The position numbers were made by a program, and so were the translations under genes. A model generated the notes under the pieces. The model was not told the DNA's origin. It was given only the letters and a program-made list of their open reading frames with translations, and ran no database searches. DNA of 33,681 nt. It comes from Elsinoe ampelina. Lineage: Eukaryota. The DNA lies in NCBI GenBank assembly GCA_010093995.1, contig ML992548.1:1-33681 (forward strand), written 5' to 3'. The stretch's first letter is position 1, and each line of letters begins with the position of its first letter. Below, piece after piece: positions 24,021 to 33,681 of the stretch.

Positions 24021-24614
24021 ATGTCACCCGATATATCCAAGGCTCTGTCTCTGATCGATGCAGCTCATGCCGAAGACCCAAACAAGATCACACCTCCTGG
24101 TTCCAAGGATGAAGTCCCATACGAGCTCCACTATGCCCAGAAGATGTCCTCTTATCTCGACAAGCTCTCCCCTTCGGCCTCGGACAACCTCAAGATTGCC
24201 ATTCGTGCACAGCACTTCCGACGCTGGGAAGTCCCTCGATCATCCTATCCGATGACAAAGCTGGGCTACCACCAATGGCGGGGCTACCTCAAGAAGCGAC
24301 AGGCCGAACTCGTCTCCCAAGTCCTGGCCGAATGTGGATTTAGCGAAGAAGACAGGAATCGCGTTGAGGCGCTGATCAGAAAGGAAGGACTCAAGGAAGG
24401 AGATGCAGAAGCCCAGGTACTCGAAGATGTGGCCTGTCTCGTCTTCCTCGACGACCAATTCGAAGAGTTCAAGGACAAGCACGACGAGACCAAGATCGTG
24501 GACATCCTCCGCAAGACATGGGTCAAGATGAGCAAGACCGGCCAGGACACCGCATTAGACATGCACATGGACGAAGAATCCCGTCGACTAGTCGAAAAGG
24601 CCATTTCCGCATGA
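24021..24614 (+). CDS. DUF4202 family protein (often annotated as glutamyl-tRNA synthetase, but lacks synthetase motifs); intronless
   Basis: IDAAHAEDPN, PYELHYA, AIRAQHFRRWEVPRSSYP, QVLEDVACLVFL, ILRKTWVKMS. Confidence 0.88.
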   Translation: MSPDISKALSLIDAAHAEDPNKITPPGSKDEVPYELHYAQKMSSYLDKLSPSASDNLKIAIRAQHFRRWEVPRSSYPMTKLGYHQWRGYLKKRQAELVSQVLAECGFSEEDRNRVEALIRKEGLKEGDAEAQVLEDVACLVFLDDQFEEFKDKHDETKIVDILRKTWVKMSKTGQDTALDMHMDEESRRLVEKAISA

Positions 24615-24619
24615 GACAC

Positions 24620-25750
24620 ATCTCCTAAATACACCTCCCCCCATCCACCTCAAACAACGTCCCCGTGACAAAACTCCCCTCCTTACTCGCCAGATACACG
24701 GCCGCATTCGCCACATCCACCGGCTCCGTCAACCTCTGCAAGGGTATACTCTCCCAAAACTTCCTCCGATTCTCCTCCGTATCCTCCACCCCCACGAACT
24801 GGCTAAACAACGCCGTGGCACTCAACAACGGACAAATGGCATTCACCCTGATCCCATCCGGTCCAAACTCGGCCGCCAGTCCCTTGGTAGCATTACTCAC
24901 CGCGCCCTTGGAAGCATTATACCACACCAACCCCGGCCTCGGCCTGATACTCCCCGTGGAAGAAATATTGATCACGCTGCCCCCCCTCCCCCCTTTCCGA
25001 ATCAGCGGCACCCCGATCTTGACGGCCCAGAACACGCTCTTGACGTTCACGTCCATGACGCGGAGGTACTCGTCCTCTTCCACCTCCAACGTCGGTTTGT
25101 TCCTGTACGTCGTCCCCGCGTTGTTGACGATCACGTCCAGCCGGCCCCATTTCTCCTCGACCCGCTTCACGGCTTCCTCCCACGCCGATCGCGAGGTCAC
25201 GTCGAACGTGAAAGGGAGCACCTCGGCGCCCGAGGCCTGTGTGGATGACAGCTCGCGTAGGCTGGAGGCCGAAGAGGCCAGCGAGGCTGACACGTCCCCG
25301 ATCAGCACGTGGCTGCCTTCGGCCAGGTAGCGGGCGGCCGTGGCGTAGCCGAAGCCGGTCGGCGAGGCGGCGCCGGTGATGATGGCTACGAGGGGGGAGA
25401 GGCGGGCGTGGCCTGGGGTGGAGAGGGGGAGGGGGGTGTGTGATGGGGCGGGCATTGTCGTTTCTAATGGGACGGGTCAGGTGAGGTGGGCGTGGATCCG
25501 CGGGTATGGAGAGGGAGATTTCGTCGGTTGTGGAGAAGAGGTTGGGGTTTGAGGTTGATTGGAGAGCTGAGAGTTGTTGTAGGTCTGGTAGTTGAGGACA
25601 GAGAGGAGAAGGAAACTGATCAATTGAGTTGAGATGTATTGTGTGTCGCGTCTTGGGCAAGGCGGGGTTGCAGGGTGTGCTCAATGGAGGGGTAGAAAGC
25701 TGGAGAGTGGGGGATTGACATCAGGGTTTCCGGGTCGTCGGGAATAACAA
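24620..25750. other. Strand-skew switch domain 4: C-rich to G-rich at ~25200-25250
   Basis: C-rich over the SDR 3' half; G-rich over its 5' part and continuing ~300 bp into upstream non-coding DNA. Confidence 0.8.
24625..25455 (-). CDS. Classical short-chain dehydrogenase/reductase (FabG/TsaC-like); intronless
   Basis: TGAASPTGFG, NNAG, catalytic S...YNASK within RPRPGLVWYNASKGAV, GIRVNAICP, VDGGRCI. Confidence 0.92.
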   Translation of the reverse strand: MPAPSHTPLPLSTPGHARLSPLVAIITGAASPTGFGYATAARYLAEGSHVLIGDVSASLASSASSLRELSSTQASGAEVLPFTFDVTSRSAWEEAVKRVEEKWGRLDVIVNNAGTTYRNKPTLEVEEDEYLRVMDVNVKSVFWAVKIGVPLIRKGGRGGSVINISSTGSIRPRPGLVWYNASKGAVSNATKGLAAEFGPDGIRVNAICPLLSATALFSQFVGVEDTEENRRKFWESIPLQRLTEPVDVANAAVYLASKEGSFVTGTLFEVDGGRCI

Positions 25751-26117
25751 CGCGAGTGTAGAAGGTTGGCCGAGCAAAACAGACAACAGGTAACAAGGAA
25801 GATGGAGAGCATATACTTTTCATATTCGGTTTCACACCTTATACACTGATAATGTAGACATCTTCATGCAAGAAACAATCTTGACAGGCACTACACTGTA
25901 TTATTACGAGCTTTGTTCTCAATTCTGGTTTCGACTATCTACTCTTTCTGCCCGAGTATATCCATGAATTCCATCAAGACGAGCCTTGTATCTTGCGATC
26001 AAATTGATTCCCACCGGGAGTAGCCTCTGGTATTCCCGTACCGTCTTTCGCCTCTTTCAAGTCTGAATTTCATCTCCCCTGGTCAAGTCCTCCCATTTCG
26101 CACCCCTGCCTTGGGTT

Positions 26118-27953
26118 CTACTTGTCCTCCTTCGCAACATCTGCAAAGCTCGCCACGCCCGCTTCACCCGCATGCTGGGCATCATGTTGCTTCTTCTTCT
26201 TGTTGCGTCTCTTCTTTTTCTTTTCCGGACTCGCGGGAGCTGAGCCGGCGACACTGCTGTCCACCCCGCTGTGGCTCTCATCGCCCGAGTCATCGTCTAA
26301 GATGGCGCTTTCCGGGCTCAATGTCGATTTGCTTTGACCAAGTTCGGGGCCGAGGTCAGGTTTGCCATTGGCTTCCTTCTTGTCTGCAGACTTCTTGGAG
26401 CTGTCATAGCGGCCTTCTCGTACAGCAGAGATATCCCTCGCAACTTGCTCGCTGAGACGACGTTCGACTTCTCGTCCGGCCTTGTCGGCTTCGCGGGTGA
26501 CGTCGGCGATGGCGCGGTTCACGCCCTCGGTGAAGCTGGTGCGGCGGTTGGATTTGCCCTTGTTGAGGGTGCCAGTGATGTAGGCCTTGACGAAGAATCG
26601 GGCAAAGAGGTAGGTGAGGGGTGCCAGGTAGAAGATATTAAGCCAGATGGCAAAAGATTGACCAGTGGTGTCAATGCAAGTGACAGTGGTCAAAGAAGAT
26701 CGGTATCTGGTCTCTTCTTTGTATTGCTGCTGTGCTGCGGAAGTGACAGCCGCGGCTGCAGAAGAAGCAGACGAAGATGCGGGAAGGACATACTCGAGAG
26801 GATCACGGACGTTCTCGGCTACACCCTCGTAGTTTCCGGCGCGTAGTAGCAGTCTCTTGAGTACAGCTCCGAGAGCTGGGGTTGCAGTCGCAGAGACAAA
26901 AGCAGAAGAGATCGAGGATGGCGCGTCGTGGACGACGGACGATACTGCGGACGAAGCTGCGGACGCAATTGACGAGATCGGGCTGAGGACTTTGTACGCG
27001 GTGGTGACTGGAACGTCATACTGAACGAACAGGTGGAAAGCAGCAAAGGTAGCTCCGAACAGAAATTGAGCAATCTGCATCGTCGTGAGGGTCTGCTTGA
27101 GGCTCAGAGGTACCCTGACCTTGAGGGTCGCGAGCGTGAAGTAAATGTACTATGCGCTGTCAGTCTCCAAAATCTGGGTCGAATAACGATACAAACATAC
27201 CATCAGAGTGTGGATGAATGAATTGATGAAGCAAAACATCCAGATGGGCGGAGACATGTAACGAATACCGGCCCACATGCACAGCATAGCTCCAGCATGG
27301 TGATACGTCTGAAGTGTAGGACTGCGCTTGCCACGAGCAAGAATGATCAAAGTGTCCAGCACCTCGTAGAACTTGGAGAGGTAGAAGACCCATCCCCAGA
27401 AACCTAGACCCTCATTCCACAAGCGACCGACATCAGTGGTATCCGGCAGATCACTCGCCAACTTGATGAGAGCATTCTTGGAGCTCCAGGTGTTGTTCAC
27501 CGCGTTGTATGTGACTGCGTCTCCTAGTCCGCGAGGTCCGTTGATCTTGCACAGAGCGTCGGCAATGTCGGCGGGAGTGGTGTTGAAGTCCATCACTGGC
27601 CAGGTCTGGTAGACAGCTCTGACCATGGCAGCAAAGGTGATGCCCGAATAGACAGCCAGAGTGAGGTTGTGGAATGCGACTAGCGGTGTAAAGGCCTTTG
27701 TTCTTGCGATCCTCCATGGCTTCCATCCTCTTGAGCGGTTGAAGGCGTTGAGGGATAGGACGATAGTGATGTAGCATATCGCAAAGGTGAGGGGGACTTT
27801 TGGGTTCAGAGCTCCCTGGTAGATGTGGGTTGGGATGTTGAAGGGAGTCTTGATCGTTGGCTCATCCGAGTGGGGAGGGATAGCATATGGCTGCTCGTCT
27901 GGCGGGAATTTGAAGAGGTGCCTCGGCGGCGAGGTGAGGTATACCGAAGCCAT
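26118..27953 (-). CDS. GNS1/SUR4 (ELO) fatty-acid elongase family protein with QxxHH box; 2 exons: 27953-27201, 27149-26118
   Basis: FYLSKFYEVLDT, LQTYHHAG, NSFIHTLMYIYF, TTMQIAQF, YLAPLTYLFARFFVKAY; intron GTATGT...CTGAC...TAG. Confidence 0.92.
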
Positions 27954-28659
27954 TGTGGTGGTGGAAGAAGGTGTCGCGTGCGGGAGGGAAGGAAAGAACG
28001 GTGTTTGTGAAGAACGTGTGTGGCTCGTCACCTGCTGGTCATAGTCGAAGAAGTCGGTGAGGGAGGAATGAATGAGGAATTGAGTGCGTCAGTGGTCAAT
28101 TGACCAGTGTGAGGTCTCGAATGTCTTGGATTTCAGTCCTATGCCTGGTGAGAGCTGCCTTGGGGGATGATGTGCATCGCGTAAAAAATCCAGCGAGCTC
28201 AGGTTCCGTGCGGTTTGCGGCGGCGTACGTCATTGGCTGGCTGGCTGGCCGAGGGTGCCAGATGCTTTTTTTCCATGCGAGCTCTTGCCAAATGCAATTC
28301 TGTTGTTCTTTCCTACGCGTCTCTGCTCTAGCCGAGGCCTCGTTCGCTCGTCCCAACGACTTTTGTGCCCGAGCTTTGAGCTTCATTCCGATCCCAGGCT
28401 CAAAATCCGAAATATCCTAACAAGCACCGTCCCTCTTTTTTCCCCAGCCTTTTTGTGAACCCTGGCATAGATTGACTGACACGCAGGGTCTTTGTCTTTG
28501 TGCGTGCAGAGTGTGCCTGAGGCCTGACCGCTTCTGCCATCCTCAGACCACACTTGCAGCTTAGACCCCCTCGAGAGGCTGTCCAGAAGCCATTTGCTAC
28601 GGACCGTGATGCTGATAGTCATTGTTGTACGATCCAGTAATCAATTCTTGAGATAATCC

Positions 28660-29500
28660 TACATCCCCTCCCAAACACCAAACGCCATCGCTAAACCCAG
28701 CACGCTCCCTACCACCTCCTCTCTCACGTCCACTGCTCAAACCCTCCCTTCCCGAAATACCCACTCCCCTGCCTCCCCCTCCCCTGACCCTGCCCATACA
28801 CCTCCCCCTCCAACCTCCTACTCAGCGCCCACTTGACCAACATGGCCTCCAACGCCCCCTGCTCCACCGGTTTCGCCAAATAATCACTCATCCCGGCATC
28901 GAAACACTTCTCCCTATCCCCCTGGATCGCACTCGCCGTCATGGCCACAATCGGCAACCCCTTCAGCGCCGCGACACTCCGATACGGCTCCTCGTTGCGC
29001 AGCTTGTGCGTCGCGCAGTACCCGTCCATCACGGGCATCTGGCAGTCCATCAGCACGAGGTCGGCGGGCTTGTGCGTCGCGCTCTCGGGCGCGAGGAGGT
29101 AATCGAGGGCTTCTCTGCCGTTCCACACGGCCGAGACGGTGAAGCCGAGTTTTTCCACCGCGCGGATGGCGATGAGCCGGTTCACGGCGTTGTCTTCGGC
29201 CAGCAGGACGTGGGTTTTTGCGCGTTCTTGGGGCGGGAGTTGTTGCTTGAGGGCTTCCGAGGCTTTGCGGACTTCAGGGGCGAGGGTCTCGGTTTTGCGG
29301 TCGTTGTAGCTCTTGGTGCGGCGGGCGACGACGCTGGGTCGGCGGTTGGGAGGTGCCTCGGTCTGGGTGGTGTGGGCGCTTTTTGTGCGCGAGATGGGGA
29401 GGAGACAGCGCGGACCTTCCGAGAGGAAGGTGGGAGTCGTAGTATACAGTGGGACGGAGAAGGTGGCGGCTGTACCAATGCCAGGGCTGGAGTCGAGCTC
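28660..29500. other. Strand-skew switch domain 5: C-rich to G-rich at ~29055
   Basis: Confined to the last ~0.8 kb of the histidine kinase gene and its 3' flank. Confidence 0.75.
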
Positions 29501-31980
29501 GATGTGACCTCTCATGAGATGGGCCAAAGAGCGGGATATGCTGAGACCAAGACCAGACCCGCCAAACATGCGGGCAGTGGAAGAGTCGCCTTGCTGGAAT
29601 GGTCGAAAGAGATTGGACAGGATCTCTTTCTTGATCCCGATGCCCGAGTCCTCCACCATGAAGATGACGCGGCAACCTTTCTTGCTCTCCACGGCCGTGG
29701 CAGTAAGTTTCACTGTGCCTTGTTGAGTGAACTTGATGGCATTGCTGACAAGGTTGGTGAGAATCTGCCGTATACGTCCTGGATCTCCAATCACAAAGGT
29801 CGGACGGGAAGTTGAGCTCGCAGGTGAACTCGATCGACTTTTGCTGTGCCGAGTAGTGCATGACTTTCCAGAGGTTGGTGACCAGCGTGGCGAGGTTGAA
29901 CTCGATCTCCTCCAGAGTAAGCTTTCCAGATTCGACCTTTGAGAAGTCCAAAATGTCGTTCACGATCATGAGCAGAGTCTGAGCAGACATCTGGATGGCC
30001 TCGGTGTGGTCGCGTTGTTCTTCGTCCAGGTTGGAGTCGAGCAGGAGATTGGCCAATCCAATGACACCCGCCACTGGTGTGCGGATCTCATGCGACATGT
30101 TTGCCAAAAACTTGCTCTTCATTCTCGACTGCTCTTTGGCGAGGTGCTTCTCTTCCTCTAGGAGTTTGTTGTCCCGCTCCAGAGCGAATCGTAACTTCTC
30201 TTCAGTCATGTCGATACTGCAACCAATCACACCCATAACTCCACCGTCCTCTCCACCGGCTCCATTCTCGTCTGCGTAATCAGGGATGACCCATACTTTA
30301 TGCCATCTATCGTTCCATTTGGCCTCGATTTCAGCTTTGGCCACCTCACCTTTCATGACTGAGTCGACCGCTGCATCGAGATCGCCTGGCTGTTCCACGC
30401 TCTCCCACGTCTCCTCTCCGATCTGTTGTTGTGTTCCTGGTCGACGTCCATTCTTCGCTTGCTGGGCCAGATGATTCCGTATGACGCTGCCCTCGATCAT
30501 GGTCAGTCTCTTAGGGTCTTTGTTGACCGCCCAGACATTGACCTGTGCGTGCTGCATAGCTCGAACGATTTGGTCGCGCTCGTGCTTTGCCCGGAGGCGA
30601 GCAACTACGGTGGAGTGAATGTCTGTGTTTGTGCCAGTCTGTTGTTGGAGTCAGCACCATCCCCCGACCTGGCAGGCAAAAGGTACATACCCATAGCAAC
30701 ACCTTGCCATTCTGGTCTTTGATCGGCGAACCACGCTTCAGCATCCATAAGTACGTGCCCGACGCTGACCTACAACGGGCTTCGATCTCGTAATTGATAC
30801 CCAAAGCATGAGCTTCGTGGAATGCTTTTGAGAAGCGATCGACATCATCCGGGTGTATGGTCTGTTTCCAGCCCCAGCCCTGGCATTCTTCAGGTGTCAG
30901 ACCAGTATACTCAAGCCATTGACTTGAGAACCATTCTCCATATCCCTTCTCGTCTGCCGTCCAGACATAGTGAGGCATGGTATCACAAATACTCTCAAAA
31001 CTCTTGAGCCTGTCAACTTTTGCCTTTGCCACGAGCTCCTCGTACAAGCCAACTATCTCGCCAAAGACGACGCTACCCAGAAACTCGGATGTCTTGGTGT
31101 CGAACAAGCAATTGCCCCATACTCGTACGAGATATTTCATGCCTGTCTCTGGGTCGATTTGGCCGTATCGGAATGGTTCCAGCTCTTTCCTTGTCCGGAG
31201 GATGCGAATATTTGGCAACTCTTCGTAGCTGAGTTGGCGTGTGAAGTCTTCATCCCAAAGATCGCCAGCTTTGACCACCCTCGATGTGACTCCATTCGCC
31301 AATCTGCTTGTGAGCTTATTCAAGTACGTGATCTTGCCTTGAGGGTCGGTCAGGTAGCCAAGCATGGGGATGCTGTCGAAGATGGCACTCCTGCATCTGC
31401 TCATCCAGTCCTCGGCCGAATCAATATCGATCTCGAAAGATTGATCGGGATTGTGCTGCGTGACAGAATGCTCGGTGAAGACCAGAGTATACTGTGTCAT
31501 GTTCTGGTGCTGGAAAGGAGAAATCAGAACCTTTGCTCGGACTGACTCTGCAATAGGCGCATAGTAGTCTTTGGCAGAATTTGGCCGATCATCGTCATCT
31601 GAGAAGCTGTCTTTGACGGGCGAATCGTGTCTTATTGGTGCTCGAGGTTTCGCCATCCGGACAAAGTTGGCGTAAACCTCATCCCTGCGAAAGCCAGGCA
31701 CATCTCGGACAGCTCGTAGAGCTTTGTCCTTTGCCCTTTCCAACACTCCCTCCCATGTCAGGTTCGTGCCTTCGAGATGAAAGTTGAGATCCTCAACCGT
31801 GAGACTCTTCAAGCAGTTTGTACCACAAACGAATTTCCCACAGTGGTCGTAGAGGTCGTCCTTCCTGAGCAGCTCAGTAGCTGCCGGATTGGCAGCTGTA
31901 ATACGTCTGCATGGGCAGACTGTGATGGTTGGCAGTGGTGACTGCAGGAATAGTAGCCTGGCAAGATCTGTTTCCGCCAT
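28724..31980 (-). pseudogene. Hybrid histidine kinase (PAS/PAC-HisKA-HATPase-receiver, group XI-like) with a frameshift at ~29795; exons 31980-30691 and 30638-28724. Pseudogene, sequencing error or recoded gene.
   Basis: PAS (FSSQWLEYTG, IHPDD), H-box [13 protein letters not shown]-box [25 protein letters not shown], receiver AEDN/LMDCQMP/KP. Exon 2 is 1915 nt (3n+1); the frame changes at GAC CTT T GTG ATT GGA GAT. Confidence 0.85.
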
Positions 31981-32666
31981 CTTGCTGTACGAAGGTGTGC
32001 CCTTGAAGCTCACTTGCACATGAGTAAGGGAAGACAGCTGCTCAAGACAAGAGACAATCAGATTACAAACAGAGAGGGTCCAGTCCTATCAGGGTCGCAG
32101 AGCTGTCTTACCTGGCTGGCCGGCATGTCGATACTTCTCTATGTGTTCGTGGCGGGCCATAATGCCAACGTCTGCAAACGGTGTATCATGATATTGGTGG
32201 TGCCATAGGCGGCAGTAGTCAAGGAGGACAGGTCGACGGCCAAGAATCGAGATCAGGCTCTATCGCTTACAGCGGTTTTACCGTCTTCTTGTCCAGCTTC
32301 GGTTGCCAACGGTCGACAGATGGAGAAAGACCGGCTTCATGCGAGACGTTGAAGCTTTCGTGGCTGGAAAGACCTCGCATCCTGACCCTCGCTCCGGTAG
32401 ATCTTGTATGGGTAGGCTTCATCGTCGTGTGTCGAGGGAACGGTTGTTGCCGGTATAGCAGACCCTGTTCAACCTGCTCTTCGTTTGACTCACATGCTGA
32501 GGGAAGGGCAGCCGAAGCCACAATCTTCTCATGCAGGCGGTGTCGCGTACGATGGGTTCGAGGTTAGTATTTGATGATTCAAATGGACGTGTGCGGGACG
32601 GAATGTGTTGGATATGCAGATGGACCGAGGGGCGAAAAAAGCAGAAGAAACTCCCGTCTCGATCAC

Positions 32667-32924
32667 TGTTGACTTGTGTGGGGAGAGAAAGAGATTGATT
32701 ACTGCCTGATCCACCCAAATTAGGTGGATTGTAACTACATATATACTCAACCTGATAAACTGAGAGATAGCTAAATTAGAAGAACTCCTTGATGGTAACA
32801 GAATAAGACAATAACCGTCTAAATTGATCATGAACTAGTGTAACTATTGATAAGTGCTTAGTTCAACCTTAGTTGCACTAAATCAGGGTCCTTCTTAGCA
32901 CTATAGCTCTTGCTGAGGTTGACA
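32667..32924 (-). repeat. 3' LTR (~258 bp) of right Copia element
   Basis: On the minus strand TGTCAACC...CAAGTCAACA, preceded by PPT GAAGGGG (32933-32927); homologous to 193-451. Confidence 0.78.
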
Positions 32925-33681
32925 TACCCCTTCACTAAATAGCTATAAGTCTATTATAGCTAGTTAGTGGACTACTAACTCGAGGGATAGCTATTGCAAG
33001 AAGGCCTTATGCCTACTAGGAGATAGTGACTTTGTTAGTCTATTAGCTAAGGTGTCTACTAAGGGAGTCTATATCACTAAGATAGGGCTAGATAGATTAA
33101 TCTCTTGTCTTAGCTAGTGATAATAGATATTAACATAGCAAAGGCGTGTGTTAAGCTTCTTAATTAGACTAGTAACAAGGCTAATGGTTTACTAGTTATT
33201 ACACTAAATGCTAACATGCTTTAGGGGATAGATAGAGGCTATTAGCCTCCTCTACTACATAGCTTGCTTAGTGGTCTCTATAAGAGTAAGTAGTTTAGCC
33301 TCTGTGCTAGAAGTAGTGATAGTTAGCTACTTTATAGCCTTCTAATCTATAGAGCCTTAGAACAGCTTAAATAGATACCCCTAAAGGCTCTTCCTTAAAG
33401 GGTAACTTCTAAAGCTAGCATCTAATAAGGCTTAGAAGATTAGTGGTGGCATTAAGCCATTAAAGGTAAGGGCTAGATCTCTAGTCTTATAGAGATACTA
33501 GATTACTCTATTCGCTAGCCTTTAGTATGTTAGTAAAGGATTTGTTAGATGCTCTAACAATCTAGAAGCAGCAAAGGCAATATTAGGCCTAGTAATGACA
33601 GCTACAAAATTAATAGATTCTATCTTCTGCTAATATAGATAGATCTCCTATGGTAATACTTAGCCCTTATTTAGCTAGATC
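32667..33681 (-). mobile_element. RIP-degenerate Ty1/Copia retrotransposon 3' end (RT C-terminus, RNase H, PPT, 3' LTR); truncated by window end
   Basis: Minus strand reads Y*QKIESINFVAVITRPNIAFAASRLLEHLTNP (Copia RT), DASF, GYLFKLF*GSID*KAIK*LTITTSSTEAKLLTL, I*CNN**TI, TRLCYVNIYYH*LRQEI (RNase H). Stops fall where Trp/Gln codons are expected, as RIP predicts. Confidence 0.92.

Noticed and set aside
24021..24614. Glutamyl-tRNA synthetase
   Set aside because: Only 197 aa with no HIGH/KMSKS-type Rossmann architecture; matches DUF4202.
24665..25684. ORFs 24665-25330 and 24917-25684
   Set aside because: Shadows of the SDR gene.
29800..29870. Cryptic intron rescuing the kinase frameshift
   Set aside because: No good donor/branch-site combination, and splicing would delete conserved sequence between HisKA and the N-box.
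452..32666. tRNA, rRNA, CRISPR arrays, telomeric repeats
   Set aside because: None recognisable by eye; a tRNAscan-SE/Infernal run would be needed to exclude small ncRNAs.
32667..33135. 469-bp solo LTR bounded by TGTTGA...TTAACA
   Set aside because: The TTAACA at 33130-33135 lies within RNase H coding sequence (RIPed HVDI motif); the PPT places the LTR start at 32924.
1..33681. Starship or giant DNA transposon with terminal inverted repeats
   Set aside because: No DUF3435 tyrosine recombinase or transposase is present. The inverted ends are Copia RNase H/PPT/LTR sequences that continue beyond the window, and the cargo is housekeeping genes.

Overview
Eukaryotic DNA from a filamentous ascomycete (Pezizomycotina): short GT-AG introns with CTRAY-like branch sites, and RIP-mutated repeats. 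The window is a ~32 kb GC-balanced gene island of 12 protein-coding loci, 10 of them on the minus strand. Both ends are AT-rich, RIP-inactivated Ty1/Copia retrotransposon 3' ends of the same family, in inverted orientation with both 3' LTRs facing inward. Genes in order: LEU2, a fungal Hsp70-like protein, poly(A) polymerase, a MetX-like alpha/beta hydrolase, a long Pro-rich/coiled-coil protein, an FHA protein (SNIP1/Pml1), an MFS transporter, a GT90 glycosyltransferase, a DUF4202 protein, an SDR, a QxxHH-type elongase, and a PAS hybrid histidine kinase with one frameshift between HisKA and HATPase. Exon structures were reconstructed by hand. Most notable: (1) the inverted Copia pair bracketing the island; (2) five C-rich to G-rich strand-skew switch domains of identical polarity that override codon usage and shape amino-acid composition; (3) the frameshifted but motif-intact histidine kinase. 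I do not see a convincing novel enzyme system; no captain recombinase, PKS/NRPS, RNA genes or CRISPR are evident.
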